In this document: piece by piece, positions 30,867 to 41,091 of the stretch
How the letters are laid out: every line of letters begins with the position of its first letter
Position numbering within the stretch: position 1 is the stretch's first letter
IMG/VR virus record: IMGVR_UViG_3300009593_000010
Coordinates: 32,001 to 96,000 of that record
From: a virus
Strand: one strand, 5' to 3'
DNA: 64,000 nt
The notes under the pieces: generated by a model
The model's database searches: none
What the model was told of the DNA's origin: nothing
Seen by the model: only the letters and a program-made list of their open reading frames with translations
Program-made: the position numbers and the translations under genes

Positions 30867-32463
30867 AAGAAACGAAGGATACTTGGGGAACATTAATGTC
30901 AAGAGGGCGGGTGTTCAACAGGAGTGGTCAGAAGAAGAGGTTAAGGAATATGTTAAATGTTCCCAAGAACCTGCTTACTTCATCCAGAATTATGTTCAAA
31001 TCATATCACTAGATGAGGGGTTAGTACCCTTTGCTCTTTACAACTACCAAGAAGAATTAATAAGTCACTTTGATGAGAACAGGTTTTCTATCTGTTTAGC
31101 ATGTCGTCAAAGTGGAAAATCAATAACAGTATGTGCATACCTAGTTTGGTATCTCATGTTCCATCCAGAACAAACAGTAGCAATCCTTGCAAACAAGGGT
31201 GCAACTGCAAGAGAAATGTTAGCTCGTATAACGACAATGTTAGAACACATACCTTTTTTCCTACAGCCTGGGACTAAAGTATTAAATAAAGGGAGTATAG
31301 AGTTTGAAAACGATTCGAGAATTATTGCCAGTGCTACTTCTACCTCTTCAATTAGGGGCCTTTCTGTCAATCTTTTGTATCTTGACGAGTTTGCATTTGT
31401 CGAAAACGCAGAAGTGTTTTACACAGGAACCTATCCAGTAATTACATCTGGTTCTAAATCTAAGGTTATTGTTACCTCAACTGCAAATGGTGTAGGTAAT
31501 ATGTTCCATAAACTTTGGGAAGGTGCAACAACCGACTCAAATGAGTTTAAAAATTTCCAAGTAAACTGGTATGATGTACCAGGCCGTGACACGAAGTGGA
31601 AGAAACAGACCATTGCAAATACATCAGAGTTGCAGTTTGAACAAGAGTTTGGTAATAGTTTCTTAGGAACTGGTAGAACTTTAATTGCAGCTGACTGTCT
31701 GTTGGGTCTCACATCACTAAACCCAGAGGAGATGTATGGACAAGTTAAGGTCTACAAACGACCAGAAGAGAACCATTCCTATGTAATGACAGTCGATGTT
31801 GCAGAAGGTAAGGGGTTAGACTACTCTACCTTTAGTGTATTCGATGTCACTGATAGTGAAAGATTTGAACAGGTATGTGTTATGAGAGACAATACACTCT
31901 CTCCTATGTTACTTCCAGACATATGTTCTAAGTTTGGTAAGTTATATAATACTGCATTAATCATTGTAGAGAATAATAATCAAGGTTCTATGGTATGTAA
32001 TGAACTACACTATAACTTAGAATATGAAAATATGTTTATGACCAACTCCACAAAAGCAGATGGGTTGGGATTGAGGATGACCAAAAAGACAAAAGCAATA
32101 GGTTGTGCAAGGTTAAAAGAGATCATGGAAGAGGGTAAACTACATGTTCCAGACAGTATAACTATACAAGAGATGACAACCTTTGTATCTAAAGGGGTAT
32201 CTTGGGAAGCAGATGGTGGGAATCATGATGACATGGTAATGAATTGTGTCCTTTTTTCGTGGTTCGTTTCTACTCCATTGTTTACAGATATGACCGAAGT
32301 ACAATTAAAACAGATGTTGTTTGCAGAACAACAGAGGAATATACAAGATTCTATAGTTCCAATTGGGATTATAAATAATAACGAGGAAGAACAATTCGTA
32401 GATGCCGATGGGGATTTATGGACTGTAGATTCTCGTTGGAAAAATAATGTTAAGATATATTAA
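30856..32463 (+). CDS. gp17: Terminase large subunit gp17
   Basis: ACRQSGKS Walker A, LYLDEFAF Walker B, VDVAEG, HDDMVM. Confidence 0.95.
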   Translation: MTDRRNEGYLGNINVKRAGVQQEWSEEEVKEYVKCSQEPAYFIQNYVQIISLDEGLVPFALYNYQEELISHFDENRFSICLACRQSGKSITVCAYLVWYLMFHPEQTVAILANKGATAREMLARITTMLEHIPFFLQPGTKVLNKGSIEFENDSRIIASATSTSSIRGLSVNLLYLDEFAFVENAEVFYTGTYPVITSGSKSKVIVTSTANGVGNMFHKLWEGATTDSNEFKNFQVNWYDVPGRDTKWKKQTIANTSELQFEQEFGNSFLGTGRTLIAADCLLGLTSLNPEEMYGQVKVYKRPEENHSYVMTVDVAEGKGLDYSTFSVFDVTDSERFEQVCVMRDNTLSPMLLPDICSKFGKLYNTALIIVENNNQGSMVCNELHYNLEYENMFMTNSTKADGLGLRMTKKTKAIGCARLKEIMEEGKLHVPDSITIQEMTTFVSKGVSWEADGGNHDDMVMNCVLFSWFVSTPLFTDMTEVQLKQMLFAEQQRNIQDSIVPIGIINNNEEEQFVDADGDLWTVDSRWKNNVKIY

Positions 32464-32481
32464 TTAGAGGCTTTTTTTGTT

Positions 32482-33660
32482 ATGGATTTATTGAATTTAT
32501 CATATTCATTAAATACTTTTTACTTTCTTCTCTCTGGTGTCCTAGTCATGTGGATGGCTGCAGGGTTCACCATGTTAGAGGCTGGATCAGTAAGAAGTAA
32601 AAATGTTATTGAGATACTCCTAAAGAATGTTGCACTTTATAGTGTTGCATCGATAGGATTTTTATTGGGGGGATATTCCCTCATGTATGGGTGGGGAGAT
32701 ATAGAAACACATTCAGTGTATTCTGATTTCTTTTTCCAAGTTGTATTCGCTGCAACTGCAATGTCAGTGGTATCTGGTGCAGTAGCAGAAAGAAAGAAAC
32801 TCTGGTCATTCCTATTATTTGCAGCCATATTCACAACATTCATATACCCATTACAGGGTTCATGGTCGTGGGGTGGTGGATGGTTAAGTGAGAGAGGATT
32901 CTTTGACTTTGCTGGTTCTGGAATTGTTCATATGACAGGTGCTGCAGCTGCACTTGCTGGAGTATTAATACTTGGCCCCAGAAAAGGAAAGTACCTAAAG
33001 GACGGAACACCTAGACCAATTCATGGTTCTAATGCAGCTCAAGTTGCACTAGGAACATTAATTCTTTGGATGGGGTGGTTCGGATTCAATGGTGGTTCAC
33101 AACTTGCAATTACTGGTATAGAGAATGCAGATGCAGTTGCAAAGATATTTGTTAATACAAATGCAGCTGCTGCAGCAGGTCTTATATCTGCAATGATATT
33201 ATCCAAATTGTGGTTGGGTAAGACAGCATTAAATGCAACTACTAATGGTGCATTAGCAGGTTTAGTAGTTATTACTGCTGATCCTCTAACACCTTCACCA
33301 GAAATTGCAATGGTATATGGTGCAATGGGTGGACTTTTAGTTCCCTATGCAATGAGTTATATTGAGAAAAAAGGAATAGATGATCCAGTTGGTGCAATAT
33401 CAGTGCATGGATTAGCAGGGATATTAGGTCTTATGTTAGTTCCAATCCTAAATGCAGATGCAAGTTTTCAAGAACAGGCAATAGGAACTACTGCAATTTT
33501 TAGTTTCGTATTCGGAACCTCATACATTCTTTGGTTAATTTTAGATAAAACCATAGGTATTAGAGTGGGAGAACAGGAAGAAGTTGGTGGTTCAGATATG
33601 TGGGAAGCTGGTGTTAAGGCATATCCATACTTTATGAAAGGACATGGTGAGGAAAAATGA
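32482..33660 (+). CDS. amtB: Ammonium transporter (Amt/AmtB family)
   Basis: GFTMLEAG, FQVVFAATAMSVVSGAVAER, DFAGSGIVH, WMGWFGFNGGS, NGALAGLVVIT, DDPVGAISVHG. Multiple TM helices. Confidence 0.95.
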   Translation: MDLLNLSYSLNTFYFLLSGVLVMWMAAGFTMLEAGSVRSKNVIEILLKNVALYSVASIGFLLGGYSLMYGWGDIETHSVYSDFFFQVVFAATAMSVVSGAVAERKKLWSFLLFAAIFTTFIYPLQGSWSWGGGWLSERGFFDFAGSGIVHMTGAAAALAGVLILGPRKGKYLKDGTPRPIHGSNAAQVALGTLILWMGWFGFNGGSQLAITGIENADAVAKIFVNTNAAAAAGLISAMILSKLWLGKTALNATTNGALAGLVVITADPLTPSPEIAMVYGAMGGLLVPYAMSYIEKKGIDDPVGAISVHGLAGILGLMLVPILNADASFQEQAIGTTAIFSFVFGTSYILWLILDKTIGIRVGEQEEVGGSDMWEAGVKAYPYFMKGHGEEK

Positions 33661-34238
33661 ATCAAAAAAATCTAATAATCCCTATGGAAAACATCGAAGA
33701 TCATACAGATGACCTTAGAGAGTGGATATTAGACAACAGAAGTCAGATAGATAGGGAGTTATGGGTAGACCCTTTCATACCTTATAATGTATTTAAACTA
33801 CCACATCCTGCGTTCTTTGACTTATTTTTTGATATAAAAAATTCATTTTATGAGAAAGCCGAAGCAATTGGGGCTCATAATTACATACAATACTACATAC
33901 ATGGATGGGTAAATATCTTTAATAAGGGAGATAGAATCCATTGGCACAACCATTGTACAGATGAAAGACCAGATATGTTTCATGGAGTCTATTGTGTAGA
34001 CCCTGCTGGAGAGTCACATACTGAGTATAGAGACTTTGAGACAAAGGAAATAACAGAGACTATCACATCAAAACAAGGTAAAGGACACTTTGTATGTGAT
34101 ATGACTACTGATCATAGGTCATCTATAAACAATAGTGAAGAGCCAAGAATAACTATTGCATTTGATATTATACCATATTTTGCATATGAGAGAAGTCACG
34201 AAGAACCTCAAGGAAAGCATTTCATTCCTTTTGTGTAA
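33657..34238 (+). CDS. Putative 2OG-Fe(II) oxygenase-like protein
   Basis: YIHGWVNIFNKGDRIHWHNH...FHGVYCV...HRS...RITIAFD. Confidence 0.7.
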   Translation: MNQKNLIIPMENIEDHTDDLREWILDNRSQIDRELWVDPFIPYNVFKLPHPAFFDLFFDIKNSFYEKAEAIGAHNYIQYYIHGWVNIFNKGDRIHWHNHCTDERPDMFHGVYCVDPAGESHTEYRDFETKEITETITSKQGKGHFVCDMTTDHRSSINNSEEPRITIAFDIIPYFAYERSHEEPQGKHFIPFV

Positions 34239-34335
34239 AGTGTAGAATGCAAGAATACTAAATAGATTATGACGAATTAAAATAATTTGGTTCGGCAATT
34301 AATGTTAACAATCACATTTTGGGAGATAAACTAAC

Positions 34336-36339
34336 ATGGCATTTCAAGTATCACCTGGCGTACAGGTAAAAGAAATAGATGTTACCAATGTAGTCCCAGC
34401 GGTTTCCACTTCAACAGGTGGATATGCTGGTCACTTTAGTTGGGGCCCAGTTGATGAAGTTAGAACTATAACCTCTGAAAAAGGATTAGCTCAAGTATTT
34501 GGTGAACCATCAGATACTAATACATCCAGAGAACATTTCTATAGTGTTGCATCTTTCTTAAAGTATGCTAATAATATAAAAGTTGTTCGTGCAAATACCA
34601 CAAACTTGCTTAATGCAACAACTGGTGCATCTGGACTATTAGTAAAAAATGATACTCACTGGTTTGAGACTTACTCTGATGGAAGTGGTACTGTAGGGGA
34701 CTGGTGTGCTAAATACGCTGGTGACTTAGGTAATAGTTTGAAAGTTTCAATGTGTTCTGGTTCAGCTGCTTTTTCAGAAGCAAGTGTAACTACTACAAAT
34801 GCAACTTCAAGTGTTGGTGACTCCAGTATTGGTGTTACTCTAGCTGAGAAGTTCGTTGTAGGAGATAAAGTAACTATCGCGGGAGACACAAGTGTCTACC
34901 AAGTTAGTGCTATTGCATTTGATTCTGGTTCGACAGGTGCTGGTGACCTAACCATTGCTATGGCTTCAGATTCTACTAAAAAAATACAGGTGGCGGTAGG
35001 AAGTGGTGTCAATGTTTCCAGAGAATGGGAATATGCATCTATTTTTGATATAGCCCCTGGCACATCACCTAATGCAACAAGTAAAGGTGCAACTCTTGAT
35101 GAGATGCATATTGTTGTAGTAGACGAAGATGGGTCAATAACAGGTCAAGTTGGAGAAATCCTTGAGACTTTTACTGGTCTTTCTAAAGCAAGTGATGCAA
35201 AAGATTCTTTTGGTGCAGGCAACTACTACAGAGATGTAACTAGAAATCAATCTAGTTATATTTTATGGTTAGATCACAACACTAACCTATCTACATGTGG
35301 GGTAACTTTACAAAACTCTGGTTCTGGTCGTACTTTCAGTACACACAGTTTACCAGTCACTAATAGTCTTACTAACGGAGACGATGGTAGAAATCCAACA
35401 ACAGCACAGAAGAACACTGCTTACACAACTTATTTGGGTGATGCAGAAACACTAGATGTAGACTTCTTAATTGCAGGCCCTAATAATGCCGACAATGGAA
35501 GTGGGGTTGACAGTTCTACAGTCTCAGAAGCAACAACACACATTAACAATCTAATAACCATTGCCGAGTCAAGAAAAGATTGTATCGTGGTTGCATCTCC
35601 GAGACGAGCAGATGTTGTCAATAACATAGGTTCTGAGCAAGTGGACATCGTAACACTAGCAAACACTATTACATCAAGTTCATATGCAATTATGGACTCT
35701 ACATGGTTATATCTTTACGACAAGTATAACGACCAATACTGCTACATTCCAGCAAGTGGATCAACTGCGGGACTCATGGCTAGAACTGATCTAGTTAGAG
35801 ATGCGTGGTATTCACCAGCAGGATTCAGCAGAGGTCAATACTTTGGAGTAACTAAACTTGCATTCAATCCTAATCAAGCAGAAAGGGACGAACTATACAA
35901 GAAGAGAGTTAACCCAGTAGTAACATTCCCAGGCGAGGGAACAGTATTGTTTGGAGACAAAACAATGTTGAGTTCTCCAAGTGCATTTGATAGAATCAAT
36001 GTACGAAGATTATTCATCGTATTAGAGAAAGCAATCTCAACTGCTGCCAAGTTCCAACTCTTTGAATTCAATGATGCATTCACAAGAGCAAACTTTAGAG
36101 CAACAATTGAACCTTTCTTAAGGGCGGTGCAAGGACGAAGAGGTGTCGTAGATTTCCAAGTGGTTTGTGATGAAACAAACAACACACAGGCAATCATCGA
36201 TGCTAACCAATTCCAAGCATCAATTTTCGTTAAACCTAATAAGTCAATCAACTTCATTACACTTAACTTTGTGGCTGCAAGGTCTGGAGTACAGTTTGAA
36301 GAAGTTTATGGTGCGACTAACACATTAGCTGGGAGCTAG
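34336..36339 (+). CDS. gp18: Tail sheath protein gp18
   Basis: MAFQVSPGVQVKEID, FSWGP, WYSPAGFSRG, FDRINVRRLF, FEFND. ACTAAATA late variant at 34257. Confidence 0.95.
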   Translation: MAFQVSPGVQVKEIDVTNVVPAVSTSTGGYAGHFSWGPVDEVRTITSEKGLAQVFGEPSDTNTSREHFYSVASFLKYANNIKVVRANTTNLLNATTGASGLLVKNDTHWFETYSDGSGTVGDWCAKYAGDLGNSLKVSMCSGSAAFSEASVTTTNATSSVGDSSIGVTLAEKFVVGDKVTIAGDTSVYQVSAIAFDSGSTGAGDLTIAMASDSTKKIQVAVGSGVNVSREWEYASIFDIAPGTSPNATSKGATLDEMHIVVVDEDGSITGQVGEILETFTGLSKASDAKDSFGAGNYYRDVTRNQSSYILWLDHNTNLSTCGVTLQNSGSGRTFSTHSLPVTNSLTNGDDGRNPTTAQKNTAYTTYLGDAETLDVDFLIAGPNNADNGSGVDSSTVSEATTHINNLITIAESRKDCIVVASPRRADVVNNIGSEQVDIVTLANTITSSSYAIMDSTWLYLYDKYNDQYCYIPASGSTAGLMARTDLVRDAWYSPAGFSRGQYFGVTKLAFNPNQAERDELYKKRVNPVVTFPGEGTVLFGDKTMLSSPSAFDRINVRRLFIVLEKAISTAAKFQLFEFNDAFTRANFRATIEPFLRAVQGRRGVVDFQVVCDETNNTQAIIDANQFQASIFVKPNKSINFITLNFVAARSGVQFEEVYGATNTLAGS

Positions 36340-36349
36340 GGAGTAAAAA

Positions 36350-36844
36350 ATGGCAACAATAGATCAATTTAAAGCTCAACTAACTGCTGGTGGTGTTCGT
36401 TCAAATAGGTTCAAAGTCTTTATACCTCGTGTTGGTGATAAAGTAGAATTCTTAGTGAAGACTGCTGGAATACCAACTGAGGCAATAGGGATCATCGAAA
36501 GTAAATTTAGGGGTGCAACTCTTAAACTTGCTGGAGAAAGAACTTATGAAGACTGGACAGTTACAGTTATAAATGATGTTGACTTTTCAATCAGAACAGG
36601 TATAGAAAATTGGATGAGTGAAATTATAGATAGAGACGCAGGTACAGGTGCAACTGAACTCGACTATCTAGTATCTCGTGCGTCTGTTTCTCAACTTCAC
36701 AGGGATGACAGTGTTTTAGCAACTTATGAGTTCTACAACATGTTCCCTACTAACTTAGGTGCAATTGCACTTGACATGGATACAGAAGAAGTACAGACTT
36801 ACGATATTACATTTACTTACAGTCATTTTGAAAGAACAGTTTAA
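36350..36844 (+). CDS. gp19: Tail tube protein gp19
   Basis: GGVRSNRF, FRG..LKLAGERTYEDWTVTVIND, FPTNLGAIAL. Confidence 0.92.
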   Translation: MATIDQFKAQLTAGGVRSNRFKVFIPRVGDKVEFLVKTAGIPTEAIGIIESKFRGATLKLAGERTYEDWTVTVINDVDFSIRTGIENWMSEIIDRDAGTGATELDYLVSRASVSQLHRDDSVLATYEFYNMFPTNLGAIALDMDTEEVQTYDITFTYSHFERTV

Positions 36845-36881
36845 TTAAACTGTACTTTTCGAGTGACCTAAATACTTTATT

Positions 36882-38411
36882 ATGGACATATTTGGATTTG
36901 AAATAAATCGGAAGAAAGAGAAGGCTGAACAAAAGAATGCACCTTCTTTTGTGGCCCCTCTGAACGATGATGGTGCTCAAGTAATTGAAGCATCACCATC
37001 TGGTAGTCAGTTTGCTGGTGGAATGGCACTTGGTCAATATATTGACATGGAAGGTGCTATCAAGAGTGAGGTTGACCTCATTCAAAGATATCGTGCAATG
37101 TCACTCATTCCAGAAGTAGATGCAGCTATTGATGATGTAGTTCATGAGGCAATTTCCGTCAACGATCTCGACAATCCTGTTGGGATTAATCTGGATAGAG
37201 TTCCAGAATTATCAGAATCCATTAAGTCCACTATAAGGTCAGAATTTGGGGATGTCCTCTCCATGTTGAGATTTAATCACATGGGTGGGGATATTTTCAG
37301 AAAGTGGTATGTAGATGGTAGGATGTACTTCCATTTACTTACTGAAAAGGGTAATCCTAAGAAGGGTATTCAAGGGTTGAGATATATCGACCCAATGAAG
37401 ATCAAAAAGATTAGGGAAGTCCATAAGAAGAAGGACGACAAAACAGGGGTCGAAATAATCGACCATGTTGAAGAATACTTCCACTTTGCAGACGCAGGGT
37501 TTGACAAGACTGGTTCTAGTAACCAACAGATGTTAAAAATCTCTAAGGATGCAATAGTAATGACTACATCTGGAATGATGGATGCAAGTCGAACTCAGAT
37601 AATTGGTTATTTACATAAAGCATTAAAGGCTGGTAATCAATTACAGATGATGGAAGATGCACTTGTTATCTACAGGATATCAAGAGCCCCAGAACGAAGA
37701 ATTTTCTATATAGATGTAGGGAATCTTCCGAAGGTGAAGGCAGAACAGTATCTACAAGATACAATGACTAGGTACAAGAACAAACTAGTCTACAATGCTG
37801 ACACAGGGGAAATCAGAGATGATCGAAGACATATGAGTATGTTAGAAGATTTCTGGTTGCCTAGAAGGGAAGGTGGTAGAGGAACAGAGATAACTACTCT
37901 GCCAGGCGGACAGAATCTAGGGGAGATAGAAGATATAATCTATTTCCAGAAGAAACTATACAAAGCACTTAATGTGCCTATTAGTAGATTAGAGTCAGAT
38001 CAACAGTTCTCATTAGGTAGAACAAGTGAGATCACTAGAGACGAAGTGAAGTTCTCTAGGTTTGTGGACAAGTTAAGACATAAGTTCTCTAACTTATTCT
38101 TGGACATTCTAAGAACTCAATTAGTTCTTAAAGGTATAATAACTACCGAAGAATGGGAAGAAATAAAAGAAGAGATTAGTTTTGACTTCCAGAAAGACTC
38201 ACACTTTGTAGAAATGAAGGATGCTGAAATCTACAGAGAAAGGGTATCAACTCTTAGAGAGATGGATGAGTATGTAGGTAAATACTACTCAACCAACTGG
38301 ATAAGGAAGAATATTCTTAGACAATCCGAAGAAGAGATTGTACAAATTGATAAAGAAATTGAAAAGAATAAAGAAAATGACGATGGGGAAGGAGACGACC
38401 TCGACTATTAG
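36882..38411 (+). CDS. gp20: Portal vertex protein gp20
   Basis: FRKWYVDGR, MMEDALVIYRISRAPERRIFYIDVGNLPK, EDFWLPRREGGRGTEI. Confidence 0.97.
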   Translation: MDIFGFEINRKKEKAEQKNAPSFVAPLNDDGAQVIEASPSGSQFAGGMALGQYIDMEGAIKSEVDLIQRYRAMSLIPEVDAAIDDVVHEAISVNDLDNPVGINLDRVPELSESIKSTIRSEFGDVLSMLRFNHMGGDIFRKWYVDGRMYFHLLTEKGNPKKGIQGLRYIDPMKIKKIREVHKKKDDKTGVEIIDHVEEYFHFADAGFDKTGSSNQQMLKISKDAIVMTTSGMMDASRTQIIGYLHKALKAGNQLQMMEDALVIYRISRAPERRIFYIDVGNLPKVKAEQYLQDTMTRYKNKLVYNADTGEIRDDRRHMSMLEDFWLPRREGGRGTEITTLPGGQNLGEIEDIIYFQKKLYKALNVPISRLESDQQFSLGRTSEITRDEVKFSRFVDKLRHKFSNLFLDILRTQLVLKGIITTEEWEEIKEEISFDFQKDSHFVEMKDAEIYRERVSTLREMDEYVGKYYSTNWIRKNILRQSEEEIVQIDKEIEKNKENDDGEGDDLDY

Positions 38412-38437
38412 AACCAAATTTTGGAGACTAAAATATT

Positions 38438-38623
38438 ATGGCAAATAACGAAAATATCACTAAACTTATAAATTCAGTAGAGTCTGGAGACATGGTTGAT
38501 GCATCTGCATCATTCCAAGCTGCAATGGTAGATAAACAAAAAGAAGCTATCGATCAGAAGAGATTGGATATCCAGATGAATTGGATGGAGAAAGGCACTG
38601 ATGAAGTTCAAGGAACTAGTTAA
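38438..38623 (+). CDS. Prohead core protein (gp67-position)
   Basis: Small ORF immediately after gp20, syntenic with gp67. Confidence 0.55.
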   Translation: MANNENITKLINSVESGDMVDASASFQAAMVDKQKEAIDQKRLDIQMNWMEKGTDEVQGTS

Positions 38624-38954
38624 GTCTTTAGACGAAGCCAAGTTTAAACTACCTCGTGGAGAGAAAGAGGTAGATTCTTATTTTGAGAAAGGTTCTAAGG
38701 GGAAGAGAGTACCTATAGTTATTTCTAAAAAAGGAAGTAAGTTCAAGGTCTATGTAGATGGAAATGAACTTGCAATCTACAAAAGTGAGAAAGAGGCACG
38801 AAAGAATGCAAAACAACTACTTGCATTATTAGGTGAAGACCTCGATGAGTTTATAGAACAGTTTAACATTGAGGACACTTTGGGGTTCTCAACTGGATTG
38901 GTTGGTAATCAGTCCTATAATGAACCAGAAGAAAAGGTTCACGAGATTAAGTAA
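38601..38954 (+). CDS. Prohead core protein (gp68-position)
   Basis: Between the gp67-like gene and gp21; KFKVYVDGNEL..YKSEKEA. Confidence 0.5.
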   Translation: MKFKELVKSLDEAKFKLPRGEKEVDSYFEKGSKGKRVPIVISKKGSKFKVYVDGNELAIYKSEKEARKNAKQLLALLGEDLDEFIEQFNIEDTLGFSTGLVGNQSYNEPEEKVHEIK

Positions 38955-38965
38955 AGGAGACAATT

Positions 38966-39619
38966 ATGTTTTTAATGTCAGAATCAAGTTGTGATGAAGT
39001 AAGTTTAATCACAGAGACTACCAAGTCTGGTAAAAAAGAACAATATATCGAAGGAGTTTTCCTTCAAGCGAACATTAAGAACAGAAATGGTCGTGTTTAC
39101 CCTATGGAAACGATGAGAAAAGAGGTAAAACGATATAATAAGGAATTCGTAAATAAAAAAAGAGCATATGGGGAACTGGGTCATCCAGAAGGCCCAACCA
39201 TCAATTTAGAGAGGGTATCACACTTGATAACTGATCTTAAAGAAGATGGCAAGAATAATTTTGTCGGTAAGGCAAAGATTCTCTCTACTCCAATGGGGAA
39301 AATAGTGGAAGGACTGTTGAATGATGGTGCAAAACTAGGCGTGTCCAGTAGGGGTATGGGTTCAATAGAACAAAAAGGAAGTGCTCAATATGTCCAAGAC
39401 GACTTCATGCTTGCTACCGCAGCTGATATCGTTGCAGACCCTTCTGCACCAGATGCCTTCGTAGATGGTATCATGGAAGGTGTAGAGTGGGTTCAAGAGA
39501 ACGGAATATTTAAAGCGAAACAGATCGAGTCTTGGAAAAGTCAGATTCGACAAACAAAACAGCGTCATTTAAGTGAGAAAAAGTTTCAGATTATGTCTGA
39601 CTTCTTCTCAAAATTATAA
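38966..39619 (+). CDS. gp21: Prohead protease gp21
   Basis: IEGVFLQANIKNRNGRVYP, GELGHPEGP, GVSSRGMGS, DIVADPSAPDAFV. Confidence 0.96.
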   Translation: MFLMSESSCDEVSLITETTKSGKKEQYIEGVFLQANIKNRNGRVYPMETMRKEVKRYNKEFVNKKRAYGELGHPEGPTINLERVSHLITDLKEDGKNNFVGKAKILSTPMGKIVEGLLNDGAKLGVSSRGMGSIEQKGSAQYVQDDFMLATAADIVADPSAPDAFVDGIMEGVEWVQENGIFKAKQIESWKSQIRQTKQRHLSEKKFQIMSDFFSKL

Positions 39620-39623
39620 AACT

Positions 39624-39660
39624 TATAAATACTACTCGAAAGAACGAATTATTCGTTCTT
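39624..39660 (+). promoter_or_regulatory. Late promoter TATAAATA (39624-31) followed by a perfect 9-bp hairpin (39640-60)
   Basis: aagaacgaa-tta-ttcgttctt at the 5' end of the predicted gp22/gp23 transcript. Confidence 0.7.
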
Positions 39661-39700
39661 GTTTTAAAATAAGTAGGATTTTATTTAGGGGAAAATAGAT

Positions 39701-41017
39701 ATGTCAGAAGATATACAAAACGAAACTATTAGTGAGGACGGAACGAAAGCTCCTGTACCTACAACTAGTGGTGCTGTAACCCCAGACTCAGATGCACCTA
39801 AGAAAGCAGTTGCTTCAGTTGATAAAGCTGGAGACGCAACTAAACCTTCTAAGAAGCGTAAAGGCGACAAAGATGGTGGAGACAAAGTTGCTCCTAAGCA
39901 AGAAGAGGTCGAGTCTGATGAGGAAGAAGTTGTAGTTGAAGAAATGACCAAAATGGAAGCACTTCGCTCTATGATTGAACACCTTAAAGGTCTGGAAAAA
40001 GCAGAAATCAAATCCCTCTATGCTGAAATGGTTAAAAAAGAAGAAGACGAAGATGATGAAGACGAAGACGATGAAGAAGTCGATGAGTCTACAAAAGCTG
40101 ACCTTTTAAGAAAAATAGCCGAACATTTCAAAACAGAGGACGAAGATGTTGTTAAGGAATCCTTAACTGCATTAACCGAAAAGAAAGTCAAAGAAGAAGA
40201 TGACGATGACGAAGATGATTCAGAAGACGATGAGTCTGATGATGAAGTTGACGAAAAAGTCAAAAAGGAAGAAGTTGAAGTAGACATGTCTGCTGATATC
40301 GAAGCCCTTATTTCTGGTGAAGACGATCTTTCCGAAGAATTTCAAGCAAAGGCAAAAACAATCTTTGAAGCTGCTGTTCAAGCAAAGGTAAAAGAAATAC
40401 AAACTTCATTAGAAGAGTCTAATAACGAATCTGTTAAATCATTAACAGAAGAAGTTAAGGCTGATCTAGTAGAGAAAGTAGATTCTTTCTTATCTTATGT
40501 TGCAGAAGAGTGGGTTAAAGATAACGAACTTGCAATTGAGAGAGGACTTAAATCCGAACTCACAGAAAATTTCATTACAGGTCTTAAAGACTTGTTTGAA
40601 GATCACTATGTTGAAGTACCTAACGAGAAGTTAGATGTAGTAGACGAACTTGCTGGTAGAATTGAAGACCTAGAGTCTAAATTAAACGAGGAAGTATCTA
40701 AGAACATCGACTTGTCAACTTCTAACGAAGAAATGGTAAAAAACGAAGTGGTTAGATCAGTGTCCAGTGACTTAACTGAAACTCAAGTTGAAAAACTAGG
40801 ACAACTTATTGAAGATTTAGAATTCGGTGACGAATATAAATCTCAAGTACAAACTATAAAAGAATCTTATTTCAATGACTCTAAAGAGAAAGTGGAATTA
40901 GAAGAATCTATAGTAGAGCAGAACGGCGAACAAAATACTTCGACTGAGATTCAAGAGAATCTTGACCCAAGTATGGCTGCTTACACTGCCGCAATCGGAA
41001 AAGTTAAACCTCTTTAA
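39701..41017 (+). CDS. gp22: Prohead scaffold protein gp22
   Basis: Acidic N-half, LSEEFQAKAKTIFEAAV, YVAEEW..DNELAIERGLK, MAAYTAAI. Confidence 0.92.
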   Translation: MSEDIQNETISEDGTKAPVPTTSGAVTPDSDAPKKAVASVDKAGDATKPSKKRKGDKDGGDKVAPKQEEVESDEEEVVVEEMTKMEALRSMIEHLKGLEKAEIKSLYAEMVKKEEDEDDEDEDDEEVDESTKADLLRKIAEHFKTEDEDVVKESLTALTEKKVKEEDDDDEDDSEDDESDDEVDEKVKKEEVEVDMSADIEALISGEDDLSEEFQAKAKTIFEAAVQAKVKEIQTSLEESNNESVKSLTEEVKADLVEKVDSFLSYVAEEWVKDNELAIERGLKSELTENFITGLKDLFEDHYVEVPNEKLDVVDELAGRIEDLESKLNEEVSKNIDLSTSNEEMVKNEVVRSVSSDLTETQVEKLGQLIEDLEFGDEYKSQVQTIKESYFNDSKEKVELEESIVEQNGEQNTSTEIQENLDPSMAAYTAAIGKVKPL

Positions 41018-41091
41018 TTAGTGGTTGACTTTTTTAATATTAACTTTTCAAGTATAAAAACTTGTTAATCTAAAATAGGAAACACACAATT

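Noticed and set aside
39960-40290. Poly-D/E microsatellite-like tracts in gp22
   Set aside because: Ordinary acidic region of T4-like scaffold proteins.
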